DNA of 64,000 bases. Source: Bacillota bacterium (GTDB lineage: Bacteria > Bacillota > DTU025). The number at the start of each line of letters is the position of its first letter. Positions within the stretch are counted from its first letter, which is position 1. Both the position numbers and the translations under genes were made by a program. Below the pieces are notes generated by a model that was not told the DNA's origin, did not search any database, and saw only the letters and a program-made list of their open reading frames with translations. The stretch covers positions 992,001 through 1,056,000 of the forward strand of contig JBMNJT010000002.1 in assembly GCA_050951805.1 (NCBI GenBank), read 5' to 3'. Of the stretch, positions 52,046 through 62,330 are shown piece by piece.

Positions 52046-52151
52046 GTAACTAGCAAGAATACTTTAGTCTAAAAGAGCAGCTAGGCTCCGAATTGCGGGC
52101 AATGCAGATCCGGAGATTGCCAGGAAACGTGTTGAGACTTGTTTAGAAGTT

Positions 52152-52178
52152 GCGGCCCTGCGGGGCCGCTTTCCTTCC
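52152..52178 (+). terminator. Probable terminator after ftsY
   Basis: GCGGCCC-TGCG-GGGCCGC followed by TTTCCTT. Confidence 0.55.
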
Positions 52179-52354
52179 GAATTGTGCAGGCGTCCGTCTG
52201 CGTAACCGTACACAGGATTTTGGTCCTTATAGGCACAAGTGGTTTGAAACGCTTGAAGGCGGAATGTCTGCAGGCTGAGTAATCCTGTGCTGCGGCAGTG
52301 AGCATGCTCCTTGATGCTCTGGCGAGCTTCAAAGGTCCATACGCGAAGTCCATA

Positions 52355-52412
52355 TTGACAAGGGTCGCTCATCCCTGTATACTGCGTGGTGTAAAGGTAT
52401 AGACCTTAACAC
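52355..52412 (+). promoter_or_regulatory. SigA promoter and palindrome upstream of ylxM-ffh
   Basis: TTGACA-N17-TATACT, then GTGTAAAGGT-ATAG-ACCTTAACAC. Confidence 0.8.
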
Positions 52413-52432
52413 TTGCAAGGTGGTCGGGGCCG

Positions 52433-52900
52433 ATGCTCGACAAGATGCTCAGGATGGGCGCTCTTCTTGATGTTCATGGTCCTCTGCTTACCGAACACCA
52501 GCGGGAAATGTGCGTGCTCTACTACTTGAACGACTACTCGCTCGCGGAGATATCCGAGCTTTATGGGGTATCCCGACAGGCGGTCCATGACACGCTTGCC
52601 CGTGCGGAGCGTGCGATGGAGGGCCATGAGGAGACCTTCGGTCTTCTCAGAATGGCTGAAGAGAGGCGAAAGCGCGTTGGCGAACTAGATTCCCAGCTGT
52701 CTGATGCCGATTTTCAGCTGGAAATGGCTATGGCAAGCCTCGATGAAGCCGAGCGCAGTGCCCAGCGTCCAAGCGGTCCTGATTTGGCAGGGGTGCGCCG
52801 GAACATCGAGCAGACTATGGAGATCATTGCTTCGGCCCGGCGGCTGGTGGCATCTATCGATTCAGGAGATGGCGGCAGCCCTGGCATGGAAGATGACTAG
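52433..52900 (+). CDS. ylxM: YlxM (UPF0122) DNA-binding protein
   Basis: [24 protein letters not shown]; upstream of ffh. Confidence 0.92.
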   Translation: MLDKMLRMGALLDVHGPLLTEHQREMCVLYYLNDYSLAEISELYGVSRQAVHDTLARAERAMEGHEETFGLLRMAEERRKRVGELDSQLSDADFQLEMAMASLDEAERSAQRPSGPDLAGVRRNIEQTMEIIASARRLVASIDSGDGGSPGMEDD

Positions 52901-52917
52901 AGGAGGGGCAAGGCATA

Positions 52918-54255
52918 ATGTTCGAGAACCTCTCAGCCCGTCTCCAAGACGTTTTCGGTAACCTGCGGAATCGCGGGCGACTAACTGAAAAGGATGTTGA
53001 TGCGGCTCTCCGTGAAGTTCGGATGGCTTTGCTCGAGGCAGACGTCAACTTCAAGGTGGCCCGTGATTTCACCGCTAGGGTGCGGGAACGCGCGGTCGGA
53101 GAGGAGGTCATGAAGAGCCTCACTCCGGCTCAACAGGTCATCAAGATCGTCATGTCCGAGCTCACTGAACTTATGGGAGGCACGGCGGCAAAGATCAGTT
53201 TTGCGCCCCGTCCTCCGACAGTGATCATGCTTGTAGGCCTGCAGGGATCCGGCAAGACAACTAGCTGCGCAAAGCTGGCAAACCTCCTGCGCAAGCAGGG
53301 GCACAAGCCCTTGCTCGTGGCAGGCGATGTGTATAGACCGGCCGCAATCAAACAGCTTCAGGTGCTCGGAGGTCAACTTGGGATCGAAGTTTTCTCAATG
53401 GGTGACAAGACTGACCCGGTTGACATTGCGGCTGCGGCTGTTGAACGCGGAAAGTCCATGGGATACGACGTCGTAATACTCGACACAGCCGGCAGGCTTC
53501 ATGTTGACGATGAGATGATGGAGGAACTTGGGAGAATCAAGTCCAGAGTCAACCCCACAGAAATCCTGCTGGTGGTTGACGCCATGACCGGTCAGGACGC
53601 GGTCAATGTGGCCTCCATGTTCAACGAGCGCCTGGGAATTGACGGTATCATCATGACGAAACTGGATGGAGATGCTCGGGGCGGTGCGGCGCTTTCTGTC
53701 CGTGCAGTTACGGGAAAACCCATCAAGTTCGTAACCACAGGAGAGAAGCTTGACGCAGTCGAGCAATTCCATCCGGAGCGGATGGCCTCGCGCATCCTTG
53801 GCATGGGCGATGTGCTTACGATAATAGAAAAGGCCCAAGACGCTTTCGATGCTGAACAGGCCATGAAGATGGAAGAAAAACTTCGCAAGCAGGAATTCAC
53901 ACTCGAAGATTTCCTTTCTCAGCTTCAGGACGTTCGGAAAATGGGACCAATCGATCAATTATTGGGAATGATACCCGGGCTGGGGAAATCGAAGGCGCTC
54001 AAGGGCGTAGCCATCGACGAAAAGGATCTTGCGCGGGTGGAGGCGATCGTAAGATCGATGACTCCCGCGGAAAGGCGCAATCCTGGCATCATAGATGGGT
54101 CTCGAAAGCGGAGGATCGCAGCTGGAAGCGGAGTCAGGGTTCAGGACGTCAATGCTCTCCTCAAGCAGTTTGAGCAGACTCGCAAAATGCTGAAACAGTT
54201 CGGAGATGCGGCTAAACGTGGCGGGCCGCCAGCGCGGATGCCGTTCATGCCATAG
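52918..54255 (+). CDS. ffh: Signal recognition particle protein
   Basis: [33 protein letters not shown]. Confidence 0.99.
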   Translation: MFENLSARLQDVFGNLRNRGRLTEKDVDAALREVRMALLEADVNFKVARDFTARVRERAVGEEVMKSLTPAQQVIKIVMSELTELMGGTAAKISFAPRPPTVIMLVGLQGSGKTTSCAKLANLLRKQGHKPLLVAGDVYRPAAIKQLQVLGGQLGIEVFSMGDKTDPVDIAAAAVERGKSMGYDVVILDTAGRLHVDDEMMEELGRIKSRVNPTEILLVVDAMTGQDAVNVASMFNERLGIDGIIMTKLDGDARGGAALSVRAVTGKPIKFVTTGEKLDAVEQFHPERMASRILGMGDVLTIIEKAQDAFDAEQAMKMEEKLRKQEFTLEDFLSQLQDVRKMGPIDQLLGMIPGLGKSKALKGVAIDEKDLARVEAIVRSMTPAERRNPGIIDGSRKRRIAAGSGVRVQDVNALLKQFEQTRKMLKQFGDAAKRGGPPARMPFMP

Positions 54256-54318
54256 GGGCGTCAGTTCGGTTTAGGCTTTTTGTTCAGTAGTAACCATTCG
54301 GAGGTGCAGTATAAGGAA

Positions 54319-54633
54319 ATGGCTGTTCGTATCAGGCTAACTAGGACGGGAGCAAAAAAGCAACCGCATTACAGGTTGGTAGTGGCTGATTCAAGATCGC
54401 CAAGGGATGGAAGATTCATCGAGATTTTGGGGCATTACAATCCCAGAATGGATCCGCCGGAGCTCGTTGTCGATGTAGACAGGGCTGCGGAGTGGATACG
54501 ACGGGGAGCTCAGCCTTCTGAGACCGCTCGCGCGTTACTGGTCAAGGCAGGTCTCGACATGTCTGGAGCATCCGGAAAAGGAACTCAGTCTGCAGAGGCC
54601 GACGTGGCGCCGGTCGATGCTGCTGAGAACTAA
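54319..54633 (+). CDS. rpsP: 30S ribosomal protein S16
   Basis: [26 protein letters not shown]. Confidence 0.98.
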   Translation: MAVRIRLTRTGAKKQPHYRLVVADSRSPRDGRFIEILGHYNPRMDPPELVVDVDRAAEWIRRGAQPSETARALLVKAGLDMSGASGKGTQSAEADVAPVDAAEN

Positions 54634-54639
54634 CCGGTG

Positions 54640-54906
54640 ATGGAGATGGCAGGAAACAAGAAAAACGAAGGCAGACTGTGTCAACTCGTGACATTTCTCG
54701 CAAAAAACCTTGTAGATGATCCTGAAGAAGTGCGCGTTCGCGAGATTGAAAGCGGTGATTCAGTCATATTCGAGGTATCTGTGGCTCCCGACGACATGGG
54801 TAAGGTAATTGGAAGACACGGGCGTGTGGCACGTGCAATCCGGTCTGTTACAAAGGCCGCTGCCATTAGAGATGGCAAGCGTGTGATGGTGGAAATCGTA
54901 GATTGA
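54640..54906 (+). CDS. khpA: KH-domain RNA-binding protein KhpA
   Basis: LVDDPEEV, DMGKVIGRHGRVARAIR. Confidence 0.93.
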   Translation: MEMAGNKKNEGRLCQLVTFLAKNLVDDPEEVRVREIESGDSVIFEVSVAPDDMGKVIGRHGRVARAIRSVTKAAAIRDGKRVMVEIVD

Positions 54907-55427
54907 CTCGAAGTGGCGATCAGCTAGTGCTCATAGGGGTAATCATGGGGACGCACGGACTTTGGGGTGAGCTGAGAGTCCGCCCCGAAAATGGCGACCC
55001 CAGACGTTTCTGTGGCATTGATCGCGTTTTCCTCGGACGCGAAAATTGTGCCGATTTTCAGGAGCGCAAAGTGATATCGGAGCGCGCCCATGGCGAGGCT
55101 TCGCTGGTGCTCCTCGAAGGCGTGGAGGATGTGGAAACCGGAAAACTGCTTAAAGGTTTCGGCCTTTATCTGCCCGTGGAGGAACTGCCTGAGTTGCCTG
55201 AAGACGAATTCTACGCATTTGATCTGGTCGGCCTCGGCGTCTATGCTAAGACAGGAGAACGCCTGGGCATCGTGAAGGAAGTAATCGAATTGCCGGCCAA
55301 TGATGTTTTCGTGGTAAGGCCTGATTCGGGGCGGGAATTCTTGGTGCCGGCGGTTGGGGACATTGTCTGCGAGATCGATGTCGCAGAAAGGCGTATGATC
55401 ATAGACGATAGGCCTGGTTTGCGCTGA
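54903..55427 (+). CDS. rimM: Ribosome maturation factor RimM
   Basis: HGLWGELRV, EFYAFDLVGL, ANDV, LVPAV. Confidence 0.94.
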   Translation: MTRSGDQLVLIGVIMGTHGLWGELRVRPENGDPRRFCGIDRVFLGRENCADFQERKVISERAHGEASLVLLEGVEDVETGKLLKGFGLYLPVEELPELPEDEFYAFDLVGLGVYAKTGERLGIVKEVIELPANDVFVVRPDSGREFLVPAVGDIVCEIDVAERRMIIDDRPGLR

Positions 55428-55485
55428 TGCCAATAGTAATCTTGCATGGGCGCCTGTCGATGCGGGATGGATTGAGCATGGGTAG

Positions 55486-56241
55486 GTGATTCGGAACGTG
55501 GAAATCGATATCCTGACGATTTTTCCGGGGATGTTCTATGGGCCACTGTCTGAAAGCATCCTAGGGCGCGCGCAGGAAAAGGGGATTCTCACTGTCCGAA
55601 TTCACGACATTCGCGATTTTTCTACCAATCGGCACCGTGTTGTAGACGATTACCCGTTCGGCGGTGGACCTGGAATGGTCATGAAAGCGGAGCCGATTGC
55701 TGCAGCCGTCGAACATGCCCTTGCTGCACGCGTGCAGGCCAAGGAGAGCCGGTCAAGGGTGATCATGACTACGCCCGCAGGCTCGACATTCTCGCAAGAC
55801 ATGGCCAAGGGGTTTGCGTCTTGTGATCATCTGGTAATCATCTGTGGGCATTATGAGGGCGTTGACGAGCGTGTGATGAGCCTGGTAACGGACAGGGTGT
55901 CTATAGGCGACTACGTGCTCACTGGCGGAGAGCTCCCTGCCATGGTCATCGTTGATGCCACGGCTAGGCTACTTCCCGGCGTCTTGGGGGACGAGGAAAG
56001 CGCCTCGGCTGATTCGTTTTGGGATGGGATTCTCGACTATCCTCATTACACTCGACCGAGGGTTTGGCGTGGGCATGAAGTTCCCGACGTGTTGCTTTCC
56101 GGAGACCATGAGAGAATAAGGAAATGGCGCCGAAAACAGGCGCTTAAGGTTACATTGGAGCAGCGCCCGGATCTTCTCAGTCAAGTCGAGCTGACCGATG
56201 AAGATGTGGAGTTGCTCAAGCAAGTCATGGAGGATGGCTAA
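55486..56241 (+). CDS. trmD: tRNA m1G37 methyltransferase
   Basis: DDYPFGGGPGMV, CGHYEGVDER, SIGDYVLTGGE, YTRP. Confidence 0.98.
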   Translation: MIRNVEIDILTIFPGMFYGPLSESILGRAQEKGILTVRIHDIRDFSTNRHRVVDDYPFGGGPGMVMKAEPIAAAVEHALAARVQAKESRSRVIMTTPAGSTFSQDMAKGFASCDHLVIICGHYEGVDERVMSLVTDRVSIGDYVLTGGELPAMVIVDATARLLPGVLGDEESASADSFWDGILDYPHYTRPRVWRGHEVPDVLLSGDHERIRKWRRKQALKVTLEQRPDLLSQVELTDEDVELLKQVMEDG

Positions 56242-56337
56242 TAACGGTTCCGGTTGGCAGTCGGTCTTCCTTGATGAGCGCAGTTGCATTATGGTATACT
56301 GACGTTTGTCGAAAACCCGTTGAGGAGTGGGATAGAA

Positions 56338-56685
56338 GTGAACATCATCGATACAATCGAGCGCGAGCAGATGCGTTCCGACCTCCCTGACTTCGGCCCT
56401 GGGGATACAGTCAGAGTGCACGTTCGCGTTGTGGAAGGCGCCCGCGAGCGCATACAGGTCTTCGAGGGTGTTGTAATAGGTAGAAGCGGAAGTGGCCTGT
56501 CCGAGACTTTTACTGTGAGAAAAATGTCATCTGGGATCGGGGTTGAGAGGATCTTTCCGGTTCACTCCCCTAAGATAGACAAAGTAGAAGTAGTCAGGCA
56601 AGGCGATGTGCGTAAGGCGAAACTGTATTACATCCGCGGTCGCGTCGGGAAGAGGGCTAGGATTCGGGAGAAGAGGCAGCACTAG
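56338..56685 (+). CDS. rplS: 50S ribosomal protein L19
   Basis: [33 protein letters not shown]. Confidence 0.98.
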   Translation: MNIIDTIEREQMRSDLPDFGPGDTVRVHVRVVEGARERIQVFEGVVIGRSGSGLSETFTVRKMSSGIGVERIFPVHSPKIDKVEVVRQGDVRKAKLYYIRGRVGKRARIREKRQH

Positions 56686-56757
56686 TGACAGACTCGCCGC
56701 GCTTGACATGGCGGCTGATTTGACTAGCCGTGGGTCGCGCGAGGAGGTTATGAACGC

Positions 56758-57492
56758 ATGAGCAATTCTCCCCGAAAAAGAATGGAACCTCGGTTGAGCC
56801 ACACCGAAGCTGGCCTGGATCGGGAGGCGAGCGACGTCGATTCCCAAAGCCAGGGCAATGGATCCGTGCTGGACGAGGTTCTCCCCTGTGAAGGGCATGA
56901 GGAGACGCGTTCGACGGGATCCGTGATCATGGAGTATGTCAACGCATGTATCGTTGCTGTGGTTCTGGCGGCTTTCATCATGACTTTCGTTGCCAGATCA
57001 TTTGTGGTTCAAGGAAGCTCCATGGAGCCTACTTTGTATAATGGCGAGAGGCTCCTAGTTAACAGGTTCATCTACAGATTCCGCGAACCACAGCGTGGGG
57101 ACATTATCGTATTTCGGTATCCCCAAGACCCGCGACAGATGTTCATCAAGCGTGTCATAGGTGTCCCCGGAGATGAGCTTATGATCAGCGGGGGCATGGT
57201 TTACGTAAATGGAACAGGTTTGAATGAACCATATATAGCCGAGCCTTCTACTAGGGAGTACGGCCCGGCCCTTGTCCCAACGAAGAGAGTGTTCGTACTA
57301 GGGGACAATAGGAACAATAGTCAAGACAGCACTGATGATTCTGTAGGCATGGTGCCCTTTGGCAGCATCCAAGGGAAGGCGTTTGTGGTGTATTGGCCGG
57401 TGGATCGAATTAGAACGCTTAAGAATCCAACTTGCCTGGAGGCGATCGGAACTCCAGAATCCGGCATGGCTGCGGCGCCGGGCATGCCTTGA
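56758..57492 (+). CDS. lepB: Signal peptidase I
   Basis: GSSMEPTL, RGDIIVF, IKRVIG, GDNRNNSQDS. Confidence 0.95.
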   Translation: MSNSPRKRMEPRLSHTEAGLDREASDVDSQSQGNGSVLDEVLPCEGHEETRSTGSVIMEYVNACIVAVVLAAFIMTFVARSFVVQGSSMEPTLYNGERLLVNRFIYRFREPQRGDIIVFRYPQDPRQMFIKRVIGVPGDELMISGGMVYVNGTGLNEPYIAEPSTREYGPALVPTKRVFVLGDNRNNSQDSTDDSVGMVPFGSIQGKAFVVYWPVDRIRTLKNPTCLEAIGTPESGMAAAPGMP

Positions 57493-57559
57493 TGGCAATG
57501 CGCATCGCCGGGACGGATGCTCTCCGGGCCCGGCGTTATTTTATTTTGGAGGAATTGCA

Positions 57560-58402
57560 ATGGGCTTTAGTTGGTATCCGGGACACATGGCCAAGGCAGT
57601 ATCCCAGATCAAGCAGAGCATGAAGCTGATCGACGTAGTCATCGAGATTCTTGATGCCCGGGCTCCGAGATCTACAGAAAACAGGGAGTTTGCGGAGGCT
57701 GTCGGCAACAAGCCCAGGATCGTGGTGCTGAACAAGGCGGATCTGGCAGATCCAGTTGCCACTAGAGCATGGGTCGATTGCTACACGGAAGCGGGAATTT
57801 GCGCCGTTCCTACCAATTGCCGAACAGGCGAAGGTGTAGCGGAGGTCATCGCCGCGGCGTCTGCCGCGGCCAAGGCGGGAGCGGGCCCGGACGTTCAGAG
57901 AGGACCTTCGCGTGTTCGATTCCGCACAGCTGTGTTGGGCATTCCCAATGTGGGGAAATCTTCATTCATAAATAGGGCCGCTAAGCGAGCGAGGGTGAAA
58001 ACGGGTGATCGCCCCGGGGTCACCCGGGCTAAGCAGTGGATTGTGATCGACCGCAATCTCGAGATGCTTGACACTCCTGGGATCATGCCGCCTCGCGTCG
58101 ATGATAGGGGTGTTTGGTTTGCCTTGGCCGCTCTCGGCTGTTTGGATCAGTCCATATACGATGTGGAAGCCCTTGCTACGGGACTTATAGCTCGGCTCGA
58201 CAGCGTGGGTCTGGCCGCGTATCGTAGTCGATACGGGGTGTGTGAGGGGTGCGCCGATCCCCATGAGGCTCTGAAGCATGTTGCACGGAGCCGTGGGTGC
58301 ATGATGGCTGGAGGCGAGTTGGACATGGCGCGAGCCGCGGATATCCTGGTGAGGGATTTCAGGTCAGGGAAGCTCGGTCGTGCAACTTTGGAAATGCCAT
58401 GA
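57560..58402 (+). CDS. rbgA: Ribosome biogenesis GTPase RbgA/YlqF
   Basis: WYPGHMAKA, NKADL, GIPNVGKSS, DTPG. Confidence 0.96.
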   Translation: MGFSWYPGHMAKAVSQIKQSMKLIDVVIEILDARAPRSTENREFAEAVGNKPRIVVLNKADLADPVATRAWVDCYTEAGICAVPTNCRTGEGVAEVIAAASAAAKAGAGPDVQRGPSRVRFRTAVLGIPNVGKSSFINRAAKRARVKTGDRPGVTRAKQWIVIDRNLEMLDTPGIMPPRVDDRGVWFALAALGCLDQSIYDVEALATGLIARLDSVGLAAYRSRYGVCEGCADPHEALKHVARSRGCMMAGGELDMARAADILVRDFRSGKLGRATLEMP

Positions 58403-59052
58403 CTGGAATAATGGCTGAAGAAGTTGTTCGGAGCGATATTGCCATGTTCGATGATTCCCTGAGAAACGCGGGGTTCCACGTGATTGCCGGGGTGGATGAG
58501 GCCGGACGGGGGCCACTTGCTGGACCAGTAGTGGCGGCAGTAGTTGTGCTGCGTGAAGGATCTTACCTGCCCGGGGTGGATGATTCAAAACGCCTTTCCG
58601 CCAAGAGAAGGCAGGCAGTCCTAGAAGAGATCATGGAAAGCGCTCTTGAGGTTGGGGTAGGAGTCGCGTGGCAAGATGAGATAGATGAAGTCAACATTAG
58701 GGTGGCTTCTCTCCGCGCGATGTCGCGGGCGGTGGATCAGTTGTCTGTCGTTCCGAATTTGGTTTTGGTGGACGGTAAGGATCTTCCGGATCTGCGCTTG
58801 CCTGCAGTGGCTTTGGTTCGAGGGGATGCAAGGAGCCAGTCGGTTGCAGCGGCGTCCATATTGGCAAAGGTCGTTCGCGATGCATTGATGTGCGAACTTG
58901 CCATTGTATATCCAGAATACGGTTTTGAGCGGCACAAGGGTTATCCCACTCCCGAACACCTGCGAAACCTGGCGGCTTTTGGGCCATGCGCTCTGCACAG
59001 GAAGACTTTTCGCGGGGTGAGTCAGTCAGCTGATGAATCTGTAGATACATAG
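58399..59052 (+). CDS. rnhB: Ribonuclease HII
   Basis: GVDEAGRGPLAGPV, DSK, AASILAKV, HKGYPT. Confidence 0.97.
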   Translation: MTGIMAEEVVRSDIAMFDDSLRNAGFHVIAGVDEAGRGPLAGPVVAAVVVLREGSYLPGVDDSKRLSAKRRQAVLEEIMESALEVGVGVAWQDEIDEVNIRVASLRAMSRAVDQLSVVPNLVLVDGKDLPDLRLPAVALVRGDARSQSVAAASILAKVVRDALMCELAIVYPEYGFERHKGYPTPEHLRNLAAFGPCALHRKTFRGVSQSADESVDT

Positions 59053-59071
59053 CTAGTCCCAAATGGTGAGT

Positions 59072-59094
59072 ATCGCCCGAAAGGGCGATTTTTG
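59072..59094 (+). terminator. Intrinsic terminator after rnhB
   Basis: ATCGCCC-GAAA-GGGCGAT followed by TTTT. Confidence 0.8.
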
Positions 59095-59153
59095 CTTTTG
59101 TGGGAGGAAATGGCGGACACGGGGCAGAACATAGTGGTTGAGGAGATGCGTGG

Positions 59154-59519
59154 ATGGGTTCACAGGATGTAGGCAGGGCTGGGGAGGAGTTTGCTCGCTC
59201 GTACGTGGAGCGCCTTGGCTATGCGATTCTTGGCTGCAATATGCGTTTTGGGAGAAAAGAAGTCGACATTCTCGCGGTGGATGGCGACACCTTGGTGGTA
59301 ATCGAAGTCAAGACGAGGCTCACTTGGGATTATGGAATGCCTGAAGAGCAGATAAGTGCGGCCAAACTCCGTTCCCTTAAGCAGATTGCGTCGGTGGTTT
59401 CTGCGGCGTGCGGCGGCGCTACTGTGCGTGTAGATGTGATCTCGATAAGGGCTTTTGGGTTTGGTGCCTGCGGACTTAGAGATGCAAATCTATCACATAT
59501 CAAGAACGTGATATCATGA
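59154..59519 (+). CDS. yraN: YraN family protein (UPF0102)
   Basis: GRAGEE.A, EVDI, EVKTR, RVDVI. Confidence 0.9.
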   Translation: MGSQDVGRAGEEFARSYVERLGYAILGCNMRFGRKEVDILAVDGDTLVVIEVKTRLTWDYGMPEEQISAAKLRSLKQIASVVSAACGGATVRVDVISIRAFGFGACGLRDANLSHIKNVIS

Positions 59520-59525
59520 TGCTTT

Positions 59526-61076
59526 TTGGAGGAGATGTCAGTGCTCTCTGCGGCGAGAGGATGCGCATTACAGGGCATAACCGGCATGTCTGTGACTGTC
59601 GAATGCGACCTTGCGCGCGGCCTGCCTTCATTTGACATTGTAGGCTTGCCCGATCCCACAGTCAGAGAGTCTCGCGAACGTGTGAGGGCTGCGATCAGGA
59701 ATTCTGGTTATGAGTTTCCACTCTCCAGGATTACCGTCAATCTTGCGCCGGCTGATGTACGAAAGGTCGGCGTTGGGCTCGACCTTCCAATAGCCGTTTC
59801 AATACTGGCGGCATCGGGCCAATCCCCTCATAAAGGACTCGAAGGGATTACCTTCATAGGGGAGCTCTCTCTTGAGGGGGTAATAAGGCCGGTTCGGGGA
59901 GTATTGCCGGCATGTGCCGGGGCGCGTGAGGCAGGAAGCACCGTAGTGGTAGTGCCTGTGGAAAATGCGGGGGAAGCTATGTGCATTCCGGAGGTCTCGG
60001 TGGTGGCTGCGCGAACTCTTCAAGAGGTTGTGAGGTTTCTGGAGACTGGCATAGTCCCAAATCGGGACATCTCAACTAAGCATGCGCATTTGGGTGCAAA
60101 TCTAGGGCCCGACTTTTCACAGGTAATCGGGCAAGCCGCCACTGTGCGCGCTTTGGAGGTCGCTGTTGCAGGCGGCCACAATATCATCATGGTTGGCCCG
60201 CCTGGTGCCGGCAAGACGCTGATGGCGTCGTGCGTTCCATCTGTGCTGCCAGCGATGGATCGCGAGGAGGCAATAGAGGTCACGTCGATACAGAGCATCA
60301 TGGGCTTGGTGGATGGGCGGGGCCTTGCCGTCAGCCGGCCTTTTAGGAATCCCCACCATTCGATTACTCCCGCAGGGATGCTGGGAGGAGGGAATCCTCC
60401 AATGCCCGGAGAGGTTACATTGGCGCACAGAGGCGTGCTTTACCTGGATGAATACTGTGAGTACCGCCAGGCAGTTCTCCAATGTCTGCGGAGTCCTATG
60501 GAGGATGGATTCGTTGTTATCTCCCGTTCTCACGTACAGGTTGCTTTTCCTTCTAGGTTCATGCTGGTTGCGTCGGCCAATCCATGCCCTTGCGGGTATC
60601 TTGGGGATTCAGAGCGTCCGTGCGTGTGTAGCGGGGCACAGGTTCAAAGGTACAGAAGGAAGTTGTCGGGTCCTGTCATTGATAGGATCGATATTCAGAT
60701 AGAGGCACCCCGTGTGAGCCGCGCCGATCTACAAGGGCATTCTGCGGGCCGCTCGTCTGACAAGATCCGCGCCAATGTGAGCGAAGCTAGGGAAAGGCAG
60801 AGGCGGCGCTTTGGGAACCCCATTGTAACAAATTCGTGCATGGACCCTCGCAATATCGAACACGCAGCAATGCTCTCGCCTATTGCCGGGGCCTTGCTGT
60901 ATGAAGCCGTTGACAAGATGGCCCTTTCAGCAAGGGCCTGCCACAAGCTTATAAAGGTGGCCAGAACTATCGCGGATTTGGACGCTTCTGCCCGGATCAA
61001 AGACGATCACGTGCTTGAAGCGCTTCAATACAGGGCGCTCGATTCGGCAGAGATAGCGAGGTGTTCACATGGATGA
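59526..61076 (+). CDS. comM: YifB/ComM Mg-chelatase-like AAA ATPase
   Basis: IVGLPD..RESRERV, NLAPAD, GPPGAGKT, PFRNPHHS, NPCPCG, DRIDI. Confidence 0.93.
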   Translation: MEEMSVLSAARGCALQGITGMSVTVECDLARGLPSFDIVGLPDPTVRESRERVRAAIRNSGYEFPLSRITVNLAPADVRKVGVGLDLPIAVSILAASGQSPHKGLEGITFIGELSLEGVIRPVRGVLPACAGAREAGSTVVVVPVENAGEAMCIPEVSVVAARTLQEVVRFLETGIVPNRDISTKHAHLGANLGPDFSQVIGQAATVRALEVAVAGGHNIIMVGPPGAGKTLMASCVPSVLPAMDREEAIEVTSIQSIMGLVDGRGLAVSRPFRNPHHSITPAGMLGGGNPPMPGEVTLAHRGVLYLDEYCEYRQAVLQCLRSPMEDGFVVISRSHVQVAFPSRFMLVASANPCPCGYLGDSERPCVCSGAQVQRYRRKLSGPVIDRIDIQIEAPRVSRADLQGHSAGRSSDKIRANVSEARERQRRRFGNPIVTNSCMDPRNIEHAAMLSPIAGALLYEAVDKMALSARACHKLIKVARTIADLDASARIKDDHVLEALQYRALDSAEIARCSHG

Positions 61077-62217
61077 TAAGGAGCCTAAGCTGAGATGGGA
61101 GAATGTAGCTGAGCCTGAGGGAAAGGAACTTGCTGCGTGGGTTTTCTGGAATTCGGTCCCGGGTTTTGGGTCGCGGAGCTTCCTGCGCATGCTGGAGGAC
61201 TACGGATCGGCCGTCGAGGGCCTTCATGCCGCAAAACATGGCGGGAAACCGCCTGCTTATGCCCGGCGCGCCCAATGGAATTGGGCGGGAAGGGTTCACG
61301 ATCCTCTCTGCATGGGGATGACCGAGATAGCCAAGGCCTCGAGTATATCGGCGCGTGTGATTCCCTGCCCGTCCCGGCTGTATCCTGCGCCATTGCGCAA
61401 TATTCCTGATCCGCCCATCGTCCTGTATGTGTTGGGGAAAGGGGAATTGACGGAGGTTCCCTGGGCTGCAATGGTTGGCTCCAGGCAAGCTACTGCTTAT
61501 GGCATCTCGATTGCCAGAAGATACGGGCGCATGCTTGCGTCTGCCGGCATTGGTGTAGTAAGCGGGCTTGCCCGGGGAATAGATGCCGCTGCCCACCGTG
61601 GTGCTATCGAGGGAGGAGGACCCACGGTAGGGGTTCTCGGCGCGGGAATGGGCGATGATATGACAGGGAGGCTCAAAAAGCTGATACGGGAGGTGGCCGC
61701 ATGCGGATGTGTAATATCGCCTTTTCCTATGGGATGGGCGGCTAGCAAGGACACTTTTCCCGCCCGAAATAGGATCATAAGCGGCATGTCGGAGGTGTGC
61801 ATAGTGGTGGAGGCGGCCGAGAAGAGCGGTGCCAAGATCACCGCGGACTTCGCCAATGAGCATGGGAAGGATGTATTCGCTGTCCCCGGCGATATCAACA
61901 GGCCGACCTCTGTAGGAGCTAACCAGCTGCTTTCGACTCATGCCGAACCATTGCTCGACATTGGCGACGTCATTGATCGGATTGCATCAAGGGGTCTTCT
62001 TGCCAGAACCCATGGCCCGACGGCTCGTATTTCAGGAGGCGTTCTTGCACCTGTGGATCGCGCTGTGCTGGAATCATTGACTGTGAACACAAGTTTTGAG
62101 AGAATTCAGACAGACTTGGGATTGCCCGCTCAGGAGCTTTTGGTCTCTTTGGCGCGGCTGGAATTCGCGGGCCTGGTAGACCGGGAACCTGGCATGCGAT
62201 ACAGCAAACGGTGCTAG
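61069..62217 (+). CDS. dprA: DNA processing protein DprA
   Basis: VGSR, VSGLARGIDAAAH, FPARNRIISG, VEAAEKSGA. Confidence 0.95.
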   Translation: MDDKEPKLRWENVAEPEGKELAAWVFWNSVPGFGSRSFLRMLEDYGSAVEGLHAAKHGGKPPAYARRAQWNWAGRVHDPLCMGMTEIAKASSISARVIPCPSRLYPAPLRNIPDPPIVLYVLGKGELTEVPWAAMVGSRQATAYGISIARRYGRMLASAGIGVVSGLARGIDAAAHRGAIEGGGPTVGVLGAGMGDDMTGRLKKLIREVAACGCVISPFPMGWAASKDTFPARNRIISGMSEVCIVVEAAEKSGAKITADFANEHGKDVFAVPGDINRPTSVGANQLLSTHAEPLLDIGDVIDRIASRGLLARTHGPTARISGGVLAPVDRAVLESLTVNTSFERIQTDLGLPAQELLVSLARLEFAGLVDREPGMRYSKRC

Positions 62218-62330
62218 AAAACGTGCTGTGGCCGGTGCCTGATGTGGCATGCTCCAGGGCTTCTCGATGTTGACCTGGCATTCTGCCTAGGTTAAACTGT
62301 TTTTGATATCCAGACTTTGGAGGTGCCCGT

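Noticed and set aside
52030-52100. Faint resemblance to a c-di-GMP-I riboswitch (GTCTAA...CAGCTAGG..CCGAA)
   Set aside because: The GGCAAA-P2-GAAA and ACGCAAA core is missing and the match overlaps the ftsY stop.
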